From Octopus sinensis (lineage: Eukaryota): a stretch of 64,000 bases of DNA. Under the pieces are notes generated by a model that was not told where the DNA came from, searched no databases, and saw nothing but the letters and a program-made list of their open reading frames with translations. The stretch spans positions 180,854,001 to 180,918,000 of the forward strand of contig NC_042998.1 in the NCBI RefSeq assembly GCF_006345805.1, given 5' to 3'. Below, in pieces: positions 13,776 through 28,997 of this stretch (positions are counted from its first letter, which is position 1; each line of letters opens with the position of its first letter). Both the position numbers and the translations under genes were made by a program.

Positions 13776-14420
13776 TTAGATTCTGGCCGGGAGATGACAG
13801 TTTGTTCAAAGTAACCGCGCTCAACTTCCACCGCGGCCTCAAGACGGCTCCAGAACCTGGTGCATGTGTTCCTCGCCGTACCCCCGGAAAGATTTCGAAA
13901 CACCTTGTTCATCCTGGCCACCGTCCAGGCCTTGATGTTGCAAACAGAAGTTTTGGTATCTTTCTCAATCGCGATTCACACATAGTAATCCATGGATTAC
14001 AATTGGGAAAATCAGGATGCCAGAAATTGGTGCTGGTGAGGTCGTAGAAATTCTCCGACGACCACATCTGATTTTTTCTGGTGTTATGCCAAAGAGTCAA
14101 ATCCCTCTGCCACAAATATGACCACCAGCGACAACCCTTTCAGACAATGGATTGAAAGCAGTCTCTAGGGACTTTCACGTAGTCATCTGAATTGAGCTTA
14201 AGACCCTGTTCAGCAGTTGATCGATGGATTCCGGCGCGCGAGCACAGTCAGAACGTCTGCTGTGTCCCTTCTTACTAGGCAAGGCTTCGCTGTCTCCGTT
14301 GTACGAAGACCATGTGTAGCGGTTCATATCACGCCTTACAGCCTTTACAGTGTTCAGAGAGCATTTTGTAGCAGCCATGATGTCGCCATTTTGATATCCG
14401 GCGCGAATCATCATGAAACA
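13776..14420 (-). mobile_element. Tc1/mariner (IS630-Tc1) transposase pseudogene, internally deleted
   Basis: C-terminal NFWHPDFPNCNPWITM resembles WPPNSPDLNPLDY, ending RLEAAVEVERGYFEQ; N-terminal HTH-like MIRAGYQNGDIMAATKCSLNTVKAVR. Confidence 0.75.
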
Positions 14421-15794
14421 TGTAACTGTTTTCCAATATGCACATGACTTTTAGTCTTGCATGTCAGCTGACTCTTTCTGAACTAAAACTTTGATCTTTA
14501 TGCTCTCCAACGCAGCTGAGCTGAAAAAAAAGAAAGAAGTCATAAAAGATCCTAAATTTACCCCTAAGACCCTGTAATTCCAGTTCATCATTGCTTTGAC
14601 TACCAAATGCTGATTCAATTTTTCAAGTTTTCTATAATCTCCAACCCCGTCGAAATTAGCATTTTGTTGCCCCAGTTCCAACAGGTCCAATGTACTGTTG
14701 TTGTTTCTATCATTGATAATTACCACTAGTCATTGTGGTCTACTTATGCAAAAGTAAGAAATATTAACAATATAAATATTCATTGAAAGAACATCCCTCC
14801 AACTCATCAGATTTAGTTATGCTTTTATATGTTTTACTGTGTGTCTGTTTATGTGCGCACTTGTGTAGTATATCTAAATAGCATGTTCATAATACTCCTA
14901 GAAAACAGAGAAAGATCAATGCCAAATCTGGTGATGCTTCACAAAACCTAGGCGTAGATAAAATAAGGGAATAGGTGAGAAAAAAAAGGGAATAAGGTGA
15001 GAAAAATATGAGTGATAACATATTCAAAAATTAATACAAATGATTGTTTAATTCGAAGTTATGCAGAGTCAGACAAGTATGAAGATTGACTCCTGTTTCA
15101 TTAGCGCCAAAAGTATCAGTAAGTAGGTGATACAAAATATATATTAGTTATGAAAGAGTTTTAGTTATAGAGCGATCAAAACAATGTAAATCTATGAGTG
15201 TAAATGATATTATACATCGTAGATGACCCATTAATTCATCATCAAATAATAAATTAACCGGAAGTAGAGATTAACCTCAAGAAATCAAAAGCCATTAGTT
15301 TTCTCAGATACATAAAAAAATTACTGTATGGATGTTTATCTGTCAGTAAACAAACTGCTCTAATTAACTGAATAAAACATTATTATTAGATAAGTACATA
15401 ATATTTGTATGAACGATTTATCATTCACAAACGAAGAAAAAGCAAAAACAAAAAAATTAACTACATATATGTTATGAGAAAATACGATTAAGTATAGTTG
15501 GCTGCTTCCAAGTTTATATTTCCTTGTAAGGAGTAAGCAATAACGGGGTTTCTCTAAAACAGAATAAAATGAAAAGACAGGAAGTGATCTACACCAGGTT
15601 ATTAGTCTCGCAATGTCTTAACAAAATATATATAGAATTCAATATCTATATGATTCAGAACGAAGCGCTGGTCGAGTAGAGAGCGGTGACATGAGAGTGA
15701 GATGAGAAATGAATAAACGATTATCTTATACTTTAGCTAATAGCAATTTCTTCCATAAGATACAGTTGAGAGACTTGGTAACCCTTATAGCTTC

Positions 15795-15842
<48 letters not shown>

Positions 15843-15881
15843 TGTGTGTGTCTGTATGCGTGCGTGTGTGTGTGTATGTAT

Positions 15882-16201
15882 GTGGTTAGAGCGTCGAGCT
15901 TACGATCGTGAGGTTGTAAGCTCGAATCTCGGACCGGGCTGCGTGTTGTGTTCTTGAGCTAGACACTTTATTTCACGTTGCTCCAGTTCACTCAGCTGTA
16001 GAAATGAGTTGCGACGTCACAGGTGCCAAGCTGTATCCGCCTTTGCCTTTCCTTTAGATAACACTGGTGGCGTGGAGAGGGAAGGCCTGTATGCATGGGC
16101 GACTGCTGGTCTTCCATAAACAACCTTGCTCTGACTTGTGCCTGGGAGGGTAACTTTCTAGGTGCAATCCCATTGTCTGTGTCGTGACCGAAGGGGATCT
16201 C
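15882..16201 (+). mobile_element. tRNA-derived CORE-like SINE with tail Y
   Basis: Head and CORE-like body match 3872-3985 (GACACTTTATTTCACGTTGCTCCAGT.CACTCAGCTG); 3' part differs. Confidence 0.8.
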
Positions 16202-18140
<1,939 letters not shown>

Positions 18141-18187
18141 ATTCAATTTCTGTACATCTCACCTAACACACACACACACACACACAC

Positions 18188-18259
<72 letters not shown>

Positions 18260-18333
18260 TATATGTATATATATATATATATTATATATATATATATTAT
18301 ATATATATGTCTATATATATATATATGCCTATA

Positions 18334-18394
<61 letters not shown>

Positions 18395-18939
18395 TAATAC
18401 ACAATGTATAGATTTAACTAATCCGGTGCCACTCTCAGTAAACCTACTTAATGGATCAGGCTACAAACCAATGAGGAAACCAAAACAAAACCATGGGTGT
18501 ACTGTTATATTGATATCAACTGCTGAAAGAAATATACCTCTTCTGTTCCATTGTGTGTGTGTGTGTGTGTGTGTGTCTGTGTGTGATGTACGTATATTCA
18601 ATATTGAATTAAAAGTGGTATTAGTTTCCTAGACCGTATCGCCTGCACATATTCAATGTATGCGTTTTGTTTTTTCGCCAGTTTGCTGCATTTAACGCTT
18701 GGTGGTGCAACTCTTTCGCAACGCTCTGTGTTAAAACACCTGGAAATAATAGAAAGCCGAGATTACTCTCCTCTAATCGCATTGTAGAGTGAGGGATGAA
18801 GATATTTTATCAATTCTGTGGCTTATCAACATCACGTACATGAATCGAACCGGAGACGAAATGAATCGCCTGTCTATGGCTACATATAAAAAGTGTAAAA
18901 ACTATTTTCTGATATGCCATTGATTATGTGCGGTCGATA

Positions 18940-19240
<301 letters not shown>

Positions 19241-19799
19241 GCAGACCAAATCTTCGAATTCACTATCAACATTATTCTTGTAAAAGAATGATACATGTAT
19301 ATGAATGTGTGCATGTGTGTGTGTGTGTGTGAACGAGTTATCTTCTGGAATATTCAGAATTGTATTTTCGGAAATATCTGAAAATATACGTCAAACGTCC
19401 ATATATTTAAACCTATGTATATAAACTTTACTTACTTAATCCCCCTCCTGTTCAACGCTTATCCAGCTAAAAATACAGGCCTATGAAAACTTTCTGAATG
19501 TTTATGAATAATTTTGATTTTTTTCTTCGAATTTATATTTACGGAACTGCATACATATATTTTATGTGCTAAGCGTTACCAATATATGGAAATTATTCGT
19601 ATTTTTAACATATGGATCTATACATATCCATATATAAACATGTCCGTGTATATTCTCATATTCATATACTGTAAATGTCTTGTATGCAATGTCATTCATA
19701 TTACTTGAATATAATGCGGTTAGCAAGTTTTCATATAACTGTCAACAGCTCAACAAAAACTCATTTGAAATAAGCATCTATAAACATATACACATAGAC

Positions 19800-19857
19800 A
19801 CATACATACATACATACATACATTCATACATACATACAGCTATATATAGATATATAA

Positions 19858-19894
<37 letters not shown>

Positions 19895-20034
19895 AATATA
19901 GATAGATAGATAGATACATACATACATACATACATCCATACATAGATACATACATACATAAATACATACATACATACATACATAAATACATACATACATA
20001 CGTACATGCATACATAAATACATACATACATACA

Positions 20035-20065
<31 letters not shown>
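19800..20065. repeat. (CATA)n/(GATA)n microsatellite tract
   Basis: Directly visible. Confidence 0.95.
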
Positions 20066-20066
<1 letters not shown>

Positions 20067-20163
20067 GTTAATCCAAATATGAACAAAGAGAAAATACAAC
20101 AACACGATGACGCGGAACAAGTATAGTGTTATTGGACGCTCAGGAAAGGGAAGAAAAAGGAGG

Positions 20164-20198
20164 ATTTCATGTTTCGAGCGGAGCTCTTCGTCAGAAAT
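20164..20198 (-). ncRNA. Degenerate minimal hammerhead-like motif
   Basis: ATTT-CTGACGA-A-GAGC/GCTC-GAAAC-ATG-AAAT; stems I and II pair, cleavage triplet is non-canonical. Confidence 0.5.
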
Positions 20199-21184
20199 AT
20201 AGAAAAAAAGGAAAAGTCCAAGGAAGGGAAAACGGAGAAAGAAAATCGCCAACGATACACACGCTTCACATATTGAAATCATATATATGCATACATACAT
20301 ACATACAACCTTCTAATGAATTTCAAATTGTGATGGAACATTAGTAAGGCCGATAAAACTTTCTTAGGCACGAACATGCGCACAAATAGACACACTTTCA
20401 ATTTACTATATATGTGTTGTTAATGATTAATACATTTCCCAACAAGTTTTCTACAAAAGTGACGTTTAATAGATGTTATAACAGCGAATATTTGGAAGAT
20501 TGCAACGTATAAAGCTCTAAACAAGCATCAGTTGTAACTTTTTGGTGTTCCTATAAACGGTAGACTGATATATTTGCAAGCTGTTATTCGTCCTTGTGAC
20601 AGCATTTGAACATTAACTCAGTGTGTTATCTGGAATAGGTAATTTTGCTTCTTTTCCTTATTCCTGAATGTAGATTTATGCATTAAGAATGGGCTTCGCA
20701 ATCAGCTTCACATTCGACTTCGATTTTCAAAATGGCTACTTGCTATCTTCTCTTCTGACTAAATACTTGCCTTTTTAAGCATTTGAAATTATTTCAAATA
20801 CATTGATGCTGCATGTGGTAATGCTTGACTGTAGTGCCGAGAATAAATTACAGATTGCTCAAGGTAGACGTAAGATTTGACATGGTACACATATATTTCA
20901 TAAATATGGAAAACGAACGTTTCATATTAACAGTCGAAGGACATTGTCCAAAATCCCAAATTTGAGGATTTTCTATATATTAAGCATGAAAGAAATTTTG
21001 TTTGTTAGAAATAATTTCTTCCCTTATGGAATTAAATTATACCATTATTACTGTTTCACCGGTGTGAAGGAGAATGATGTGTCTGTGAAAATCAGGCGAA
21101 ATATATATACAAGGTATATCAGTTGGAGTTAGAAGATACATATTTATCGATTTCTACGTTGAAATGTACATATACAGTTCTATA

Positions 21185-21360
21185 TTTAAGAGATGAGGAA
21201 TTATGTATTTTATTTACATTATTTGCATTTGACGGATATTTTTCCTCATCTTCTATGTTGTTAACACAACGTTTCGGCTGATATACCTTCCAGCCTTCAT
21301 CAGGTCTCTTGGGGAAATTTCGAACCTGGGTTCTCATTCCTAAAATATTTTTCGGTGTTA

Positions 21361-21413
<53 letters not shown>

Positions 21414-21420
21414 ACATTAT

Positions 21421-21462
<42 letters not shown>

Positions 21463-21466
21463 TACC

Positions 21467-21513
<47 letters not shown>

Positions 21514-21572
21514 CACTACTACTACTACTAATCAGGTCACTGCCTGGAATCGAATTCGTAATCTTGGGGTTA
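21185..21572 (-). mobile_element. SINE-like unit: tRNA-like B-box segment, (AGT)n(AAT)n linker, PLE-type hammerhead tail
   Basis: Minus strand TAACCCCAAGATTACGAATTCGATTCCAGGCAGTGACCTGA, then simple repeats, then module containing CTGATGAAGGCTG..CAGCCGAAACGTTGTG. Confidence 0.65.
21264..21308 (-). ncRNA. Minimal type I hammerhead ribozyme motif
   Basis: GAGAC-CTGATGA-A-GGCTG/CAGCC-GAAAC-GTT-GTGTT; complete core and palindromic AACGTT typical of dimer-acting PLE hammerheads. Confidence 0.75.
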
Positions 21573-21627
21573 AAAGCGCGGGCTACTAACCCCAAGATTC
21601 CGAGTTCGATTCCAGGCAGTGACCTGA
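21532..21627. repeat. 41-bp inverted repeat of tRNA-like segment with 14-nt loop
   Basis: TCAGGTCACTGCCTGGAATCGAATTCGTAATCTTGGGGTTA versus TAACCCCAAGATTCCGAGTTCGATTCCAGGCAGTGACCTGA, 2 mismatches. Confidence 0.9.
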
Positions 21628-21645
21628 ATAATAATAATAATAATG

Positions 21646-21724
<79 letters not shown>

Positions 21725-22737
21725 CAACAACAACAACAACAACAACATCATAATGTGTACATATGCAGATACGTATTTGCGTAAATACACGCAACTCAAA
21801 TTGATCTAACGTTTGGTTAATACAAGGATATTGCAGAGCATATTTTCCTAAATGTCACACACAAGAGTCGACTTTGGCAATACAAATTTATATGGAGTAC
21901 AAAAAATACAGGAAACTAAGGGAAGAAGGCGTGTTATTTGGACAGCTGTTTCTGTAAGTTGTGAATTACATGATAGTTGTCACGCTGGCAGATGGGGCGT
22001 GCAAAAAGTCAAGGATATACAAACAGTAGTGAAATGCATATAAGCCATAACGTAAATTCGGCCTCCGTCTTCAAGGTGGAGAGATTGGGATCTAACAGAT
22101 CAGATCATAATGCAGAAAATATAAGGAGTAGAATGGATGAAGAAGGCAAATAGAAGTTGGTTGAAGGAGAAAGTAAATGAGGAGAAGGTTGTGTGAGGAA
22201 AACGTTGAAGCAGAAGAAGAGCAAAAAGGGATAGGAGAAGCAGAGCAAGAAGAAGGAGAGCGAGTGACCAGGTGATTGAAAAAATAGTTGATGTGGTGAG
22301 TAGAGAGATGAGCAACAATGGATGGAATGGATAGTATTCAGAAGGGTGGCGTCGTTGTTTTGTATGTTGACAACAGATGTTATTAATAAGGGATGGTGGA
22401 GGCTATAGAACTGAGAAGGTGATGTAGGATGAGAGAACGGAGGAGCAGGTATTGAAATGAAGGGAAGGGATCTAGTTATAGATGCCGACTGGAAGGCGAA
22501 TAGAAATTCGAAGACTTAAGTGGGTTGGCTGCAGTAGGGGGATACTGATGTAGATAGAAAGGTATCAGTGTAAATATAGGAAGGTGGACAGAGAGGGACA
22601 AATAGAGGAGTAAGTAGTGATTGAGTGGTTTTTGTTGAGGATGAAGGGGGGAGGAGGTGGGGAAGGAATTCATGGATGAGAGTGGAGGGTAGCATAGAAA
22701 GATGTGCCATGTAGGAGGAATGTGTGAAGAGAATCGG

Positions 22738-22774
<37 letters not shown>

Positions 22775-22879
22775 TATATATATATATATATGGAGAGAAG
22801 GAGAAGTATGAATAGAAGCGATATGTTGCTAGCATGGCTAAGTTGTGATTTACGGTTGTTTCGTAAAATTTGTGTTTAC

Positions 22880-23260
22880 AAGAAATGATCTATTGAGTAA
22901 TGACGGGTCGTGAGGCGGGGGTCTGTGAGTGATTCCCTTAAACACAGTTTACAAACTCTGAGGTTAGTATTGCACGGGGGAGCCTCGAGGATATTGTACT
23001 AGGATAGGGTGTAGGGAATATTTTGGAACCTGAGTTCGTGTAAGTTGCTAGAGAGGTAGATATTTTAGAGATTCAAATGGAGAAATAACACATATATGTT
23101 CGATGTTTTCTCCGCTGTTATTTGTGGTCATTTTTGTAGTAGTATGGGAAGTATCATTACGGTTGATATTACTGAATCGGATAGAGTGTCTTAGGGTTGC
23201 ATTATTGTTACCAGGTGGGTTGATACACTCCATACAGCCACCGGTTTATTTCGACCGTCA
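22880..23260 (-). pseudogene. Decayed PLE GIY-YIG endonuclease (family 2)
   Basis: LSSNLHELRFQNIPYTLS*YNILEAPPCNTNLRVCKLCLRES resembles TELSKYIW.LK....W.I....Y.....C.LCL.EK; GVYQ-like motif upstream. Confidence 0.65.
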
Positions 23261-23769
23261 GTTGAACACACCCAAAAAACACTCCATATATTCTTTAAAA
23301 ATTTTTATTTGATTATCTCTTTTGAAGACGACACCAACGTAGCTAATTTCTAAGATATCACCAATAACTTAGGTGCAAAAGTATATTATCCTTTCCATAG
23401 ATCCAATGAATCACTACAATACATCAACTCCCTATCCACTCACCCTGCACTTACCCATAATAGTATCGTCACCGGTATCTCCATTAGAATTTCTCTTTTA
23501 GCAATTGAAAGCATCTTTAACAACCACTCACCACACCCCCATTCTATAACCGAGTTGTCTAGATCAGTATTTTCCGCTAAAAGACCTCATATATCCCAAA
23601 CACTTAACTCACACTTTTCTTACCTAATACGAATCTTGGCCCCACCCCACCTACCACCCCCATACACACTCCATCAAATTACAACTAAACCCCCAACAGC
23701 TGACCGTATTCGTCTTTCTCTGTATTTTAATCGCTTTTTCTTTGAATTGACTACACACACACACATACA

Positions 23770-25231
23770 TATCAGTTGAATAACGTTAAAACATGGTCTG
23801 GTTTTCACGTTTATTATCATGGTATTTTTTAAAAATTTGTTTTAACAATGTTCAAGTGAGTTAAACATTAAAAAAATAAATTCAAATTACGATGAAAGTA
23901 AACAAAGTTTGTTTTAGAAGAGTTGTGATGAAATGAAAGATAAGAAAATAATTTTATTCTCAAACGTAGAATAATGTTAATAATATAGCATGAACAGGAT
24001 AAGCTACCCATACTTTGCAGAAAAATGTGTCGGCGGCCAGCCATAAGACTTGTTTCTACAAAATATGTTGTTTATCCTGTTCATGCTATATTATTAACAT
24101 TAGCCTGCGTTTGAGAATAAAATTATTTCCTTATCTATTAAAAATATTTTGTAATGTTCATAAAGTTCAATTAGCGCTTTCATATGTTCTAGTAATCATC
24201 AAATTTCAAAATGTATTTAATTGACAGTTGAGTTCTTGACAGGCTCCAAGCTGAATTTTTGGAATACCGATTTGATCAATCCGTATGCATGTTAAACGTC
24301 ACGGTTTGCCGGGCGTACCGATATTACTGGCATAGATCACGCTTTCATTTTAACTAATTAGCTTACGGTTTACCTATATATATACTGTAATGGTTTTATG
24401 TAATGCTTTCATGAGTGGGCAAACTTAGTTGATGTCGCAAATGCAGATATGAACTGCAAAAGCAGAAATTTGATCTACTCCATTAAATGCTCTAATTGCG
24501 AGGAACTACATATTGACGAGACAGGGAATGTATTATCGGAACGCTCACGATTCCACAGACAACAAATCTGGAACACTGATGTTCGCCAAATACCACTGAG
24601 CGAACATACTGAATCTTGTGAGCAGAAAATGCTTCTAATTTTTCCTTTCCATAAGCTACATGACATAAGTGAGGTTAGAAGAAAGATAAAAGAAAAAAAC
24701 CTGTTCTGAACGGAAATAACAATAATAAACAACCGGTTAATGATGTGGATTAGAGAAATATCTTTAACATATGAATATGAACAAATTACAGAAGACTCCC
24801 ACCAATTGAAATTCAAACGATCGAAACCAACTAACTTTGCTCACTTATAAAGCCATTACCTATAAACCGCAAGCTAATTGTTTAAAATAAAGCCAGTAAT
24901 ATCGGTACGCCCGGCAAACCGTGATGTTTAAGCTGCATACGGATTCATCAAAACTGTATTAAAAATTTTTTAGCTTGTTGGAGCCTTCTAAGAGGTGTAA
25001 AAATGAAGTCAGTAATTTTATTAAGTTTTCAAGACCTCAACTGTCAATTAAATACATTTTGAAACCTGATGATTACTACGAACGTATGAAAGCGCTAATT
25101 GAACTATATGAACATTACAAAATATTTTTTTAATGTTTACTTCAACATTGTAAAAAAAATTATTTTATTTTCAAAATGCCATAATAAAAAGTGTGAAAAC
25201 CAGACCATGCTTTAACTTTTTTCAACTGATA
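23770..25231 (+). mobile_element. PLE fold-back cassette 2 (arms 23770-24431 and 24828-25231 around GIY-YIG 3' end)
   Basis: Reverse-complement arms, e.g. CACGGTTTGCCGGGCGTACCGATATTACTGGC versus GCCAGTAATATCGGTACGCCCGGCAAACCGTG; HHR-like motifs at 25061-25101 (+) and 24168-24207 (-). Confidence 0.85.
24440..24709 (+). pseudogene. Penelope-like GIY-YIG endonuclease fragment (family 1)
   Basis: NCKSRNLIYSIKCSNCEELHIDETGNVLSER..HRQQI...QIPLSEH matches VIY.I.C..C...YIGET...L..R..EH. Confidence 0.85.
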
Positions 25232-25673
25232 TATTATTCTATACACATTCACACAAATTCGGAAAAGAAAATATATATATAATGAAAGATTTATGAAGTA
25301 AATTTAAATAGTATTTTTACATAATGCACAAATATCTAGCACAGAACACAATACTTTGAGAAGAATGGAAAGAAATATTCATAATGTGAAAATTTTGCAG
25401 TGTACTGTGAGCTTCGATCTGTGCAAAAAGTCAGAGCACACTATTAAATTTTGATATAATATACATGTTCACATGCACGTCACAGTTCGTATATATAATT
25501 GTTTAACACAATCAGAATCATATGATTGATAAGCTTATTCTAACTTTTCTTAGAAAATGAAAGACCACGCTATTAAATCACTAGGCTCGCAGGAACCAGA
25601 CACTCAAGTTGTTTCAACATATGCCATACTCAGTGTCTGGAATCTGTGCACCGGCTACCAAATACATACATAC

Positions 25674-25731
<58 letters not shown>

Positions 25732-25732
25732 C

Positions 25733-25773
<41 letters not shown>

Positions 25774-25784
25774 TATATATTATA

Positions 25785-26651
25785 TATATAAGAAAATAGT
25801 AAAGAGTGAAAAAACGACAAAAGCTTAAATGTTAAAAAATATATATATTTGCGTCAAAATGTCTGGAGAATATTGGAAAAATTTTTTTCCCTCCTTAAAA
25901 TGACATAATTTTATAATTTTTAAAGAAATACCGGTTTCGCAGTTAGCTCTTCAAATTTCTTGTGACTTAATGTTTATTTTTAATAACGTAATCCTTGTAT
26001 TCTTTCTACGGAGAGAAAGTAGTGAGTGATTTCTTCCGGTGTAAGGGAGATAATCGCTTAAAAATTTTTTTTTCCTTTAGTGTGAATTTCTCTGTATTAT
26101 TGAGTTCGGATAGTTGAGTCTGGGTTTGTACTTTTCAATGAAGAATGTTTCCTTATTTAGTCTAATTTGTGATGATGATCCGAAAGCACATTGGTAAAAT
26201 GGAAAGATTAAAAATTGTGGTTGTAGTTGCTTTGCGCATTTCTCAATGTGTTCACTAAAAGGTATCATTCTATATTCTGGGAATGCAATCTGTTGTCGAT
26301 GCGGTGTGCATCTACGTCTGAGTGATAGTGCCGTGGACCCCACGTAGTCTTGGTGGCAGCCCGAGCATTTAATGACATAAATTATGTTTTCAGAGGCACA
26401 AGTAAAGTTAGATTTGATCTTGAATTTCTAAAGAATACAAGGATTACGTTATTAAAAATAAACATTAAGTCACAAGAAATTTGAAGAGCTAACTGCGAAA
26501 CCGGTATTTCTTTAAAAATTATAAAATTATGTCATTTTAAGGAGGGAAAAAATTTTTCCAATATTCTCCAGACATTTTGATGCAAATATATATATTTTTT
26601 AACATTTAAGCCTTCTGTCGTTTTTTCACTCTTTACTATTTTCTTATATAT
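25785..26651 (-). mobile_element. PLE fold-back cassette 3 (about 221-bp near-identical arms 25785-26005 and 26430-26651)
   Basis: Arms differ at only a few positions; loop holds the GIY-YIG end; HHR-like TTGAAGA-GC..GC-GAAACCGGTA at 25924-25960 (-) and 26475-26511 (+). Confidence 0.9.
26077..26343 (-). pseudogene. Penelope-like GIY-YIG C-terminal fragment (family 1)
   Basis: STALSLRRRCTPHRQQIAFPEYRMIPFSEHIEKC..FLIFPFYQC..RLNKETFFIEKYKPRLN. Confidence 0.8.
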
Positions 26652-26711
26652 TCACCCACGTGCTTTACCAAACAAACTTTCTTATCTATATATATATATA
26701 TATACACATAC

Positions 26712-26753
<42 letters not shown>

Positions 26754-26812
26754 GGTTTGAAGATGATGTACAGGTATTATATATTAGAAGATCTCAATTC
26801 TAATATATATAT

Positions 26813-27077
26813 ATTGAGAAAAAGGTCATCAGAATTTTGGAAAGAAATCTTTTAATCTCTTCCTTATTATAAGCACTTTCGTTCGTTTCTCGAACTTGTC
26901 AAATAGAATTTTATGAATCTACAAACAGGCTTGTTCATTTATATAAAGCAGATGGTTTGGGGGGGCTGGGGTGTTGTTTAGACGAGAACATTGTTTTTGT
27001 TTTTGGGGGGTGAGGGGTGAGGTTCCTTGACAATGGAGATAGATAGAGAGAGAGAAATATAGGTAGGTTGATGGCTT

Positions 27078-27117
<40 letters not shown>

Positions 27118-27165
27118 TAGACAGACAGACAGACAGACAGATAGATAGATAGATTGATTGATTGA

Positions 27166-27218
<53 letters not shown>

Positions 27219-27432
27219 TTGCATTTTTTATTTCAAAGGTTGTTCAGAACTACATTTCATCAAAGAATCCTCTCCAAAATTGAATGTTTGAAAGAAAAGA
27301 GGAGTCAGTACATTTAGTATTCTAAATATAACTCAAAGAGGAGAAGAAGAAAGAGGACAAAAGAAAGAAAGAGGAGAAAAATGAAGAAAAGGGAAAAGAA
27401 AGAAGGGAAGAAAGGGAAGAAAGCAAAAAGTC
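26813..27432. mobile_element. Partial second copy of the cassette-1 UTR family in fold-back arrangement
   Basis: 26813-27200 matches 16307-16640 in the same orientation; 27217-27432 is the reverse complement of 16790-16990. Confidence 0.75.
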
Positions 27433-27434
27433 TG

Positions 27435-27700
27435 AGCCTGTGTTGGAAGATGAATGGAGGTGTAACATCGCCATCACTAGTGATCACTCCAAACACCATG
27501 ATATTGACTGGATGTTTGATTTTTATGATTGTTATCACTCTCGGTACATGCACTATACTCAGATTGACACCCAAACACTCTGGAAAGTTCGTATTGGAGC
27601 TTCCGGCGCGAATGCCAAGCAGTACAGTATGTCGCTTCCAAATTTTTGGTAGAGTGAATAATGTCATAGTGCTATTTTTCTCACAGACAGTGCCCAACTG
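27435..27700 (-). mobile_element. Tc1/mariner-type transposase internal fragment
   Basis: VPRVITIIKIKHPVNIMVFGVITSDGDVTPPFIFQHRLRL resembles the K.P..VMVFG...DG..MPPF.F motif. Confidence 0.75.
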
Positions 27701-28160
27701 ACCCTACTATACTGTGTAATTTGACAAAATCAGAAGCAAACAATGCGCATGCGTGAAATTAAAAATATAAAATAGCGACGATATACCTATTTCCTTGATG
27801 AGGCGGGTGTTTATTGGATGAAAAACAAAACCTGTCAAAGGGCGGAGGAACTCTTGAGAGTCAACGGCCATCCAATAAATGTCTTAAGGATGTATCATGC
27901 GCGGGGACATAGAAATAATCGGACTGAATACCCGATCGCCCGGTTAAACCATTGGGAGTGAAGGACTCCTAGCCTTTGTTAGGGCATCCTTCTAGGAGAA
28001 GGTAACGCAGGTAATTGGGATAGCTCCGACATAAAACCTGCGGCTCAGTGGTTACCGATGATGTTGACTTGTTCTTCTTTTCGGATTATGGCTGCTGTTG
28101 CTTAGTGAGTGGGATTGACTCAGTGCACAGCCTTTCCTCACTTTAAAAAAATCTTCTCGC

Positions 28161-28295
28161 ACAGGCATTGCACGATAACAACATTGATAAAGCTTCGTGC
28201 AATGGCCATATATATATATATAGTTGCTGTCTCCTCGTTATCGAGCATGGCCATTGCACGAAGCTTTATCAATGTTGTTATCGTGCAATGCCTGT
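28161..28295. repeat. Perfect 49-bp inverted repeat with 37-bp spacer
   Basis: ACAGGCATTGCACGATAACAACATTGATAAAGCTTCGTGCAATGGCCAT (28161-28209) and its exact reverse complement (28247-28295). Confidence 0.9.
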
Positions 28296-28429
28296 ATATA
28301 TATAATACAAAATGAGACCAGAACGCAAAACATCCAGGCAGGTGATACAAAAAAGGAACAACAAAACTTCCAGATAGACGATACAAAGAAAACAGGGACG
28401 GGTCGATCGGGGTTTACTTTCCTCAGTCG

Positions 28430-28960
28430 AGTTCCAGATTATCTTCGCAATTTCGGTTGACTATACTCGGGATTGCTCCAATCTGGCCAACCCCAAGGAA
28501 AAACAAAGCTAAGAGCATTAGATTCCTTGGAAGAAAGCAGCGAATGTATACGAAAACAAAGACGGAAAACAACGGAGAATGTTACAGAAATGCAAATAAC
28601 AGGACATAACAACAGGTGTATTTCGACTAAGGACGAATTGAATTAAGCTGGCCTGTGTGGAAGTAAAGTCTTACGGTAGGAATACATGATTTCACAGGCA
28701 CAAGGAGGAATATAGATGTTGCACGGACGACGACCGAACCAAGAAAGAAAGATCAGGCTTGACCGAACACCGGTCACGTGGGGAGAGAAAAGACAGAGGT
28801 AGAGGCAGACAGACAGAAGAATTAAGGAGGGGCGAGAAAAAATGGCAGGGACACAGTGAAGTGAAAAGAGAAGGCAGGGAAATGTGAAAGAGGGGGAACG
28901 AAAGAACGAAGAGTGGGATGAACAAATAAGCGTGACAGGGCTGATAGAAAGAAAGAATAG
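28430..28960 (-). repeat. Unclassified interspersed repeat (copies at 32690-32900 and 60060-60500 in opposite orientation)
   Basis: Shared blocks GTATACATTCGCT(T)GCTTTCT, CTTAGCTT, CCGTAAGACTT and AATTCGTCC.TAGTCGAAA.ACACCTGTTG. Confidence 0.7.
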
Positions 28961-28997
28961 AGTCGTACAAGATTTAGATAAACATTATATATATATA

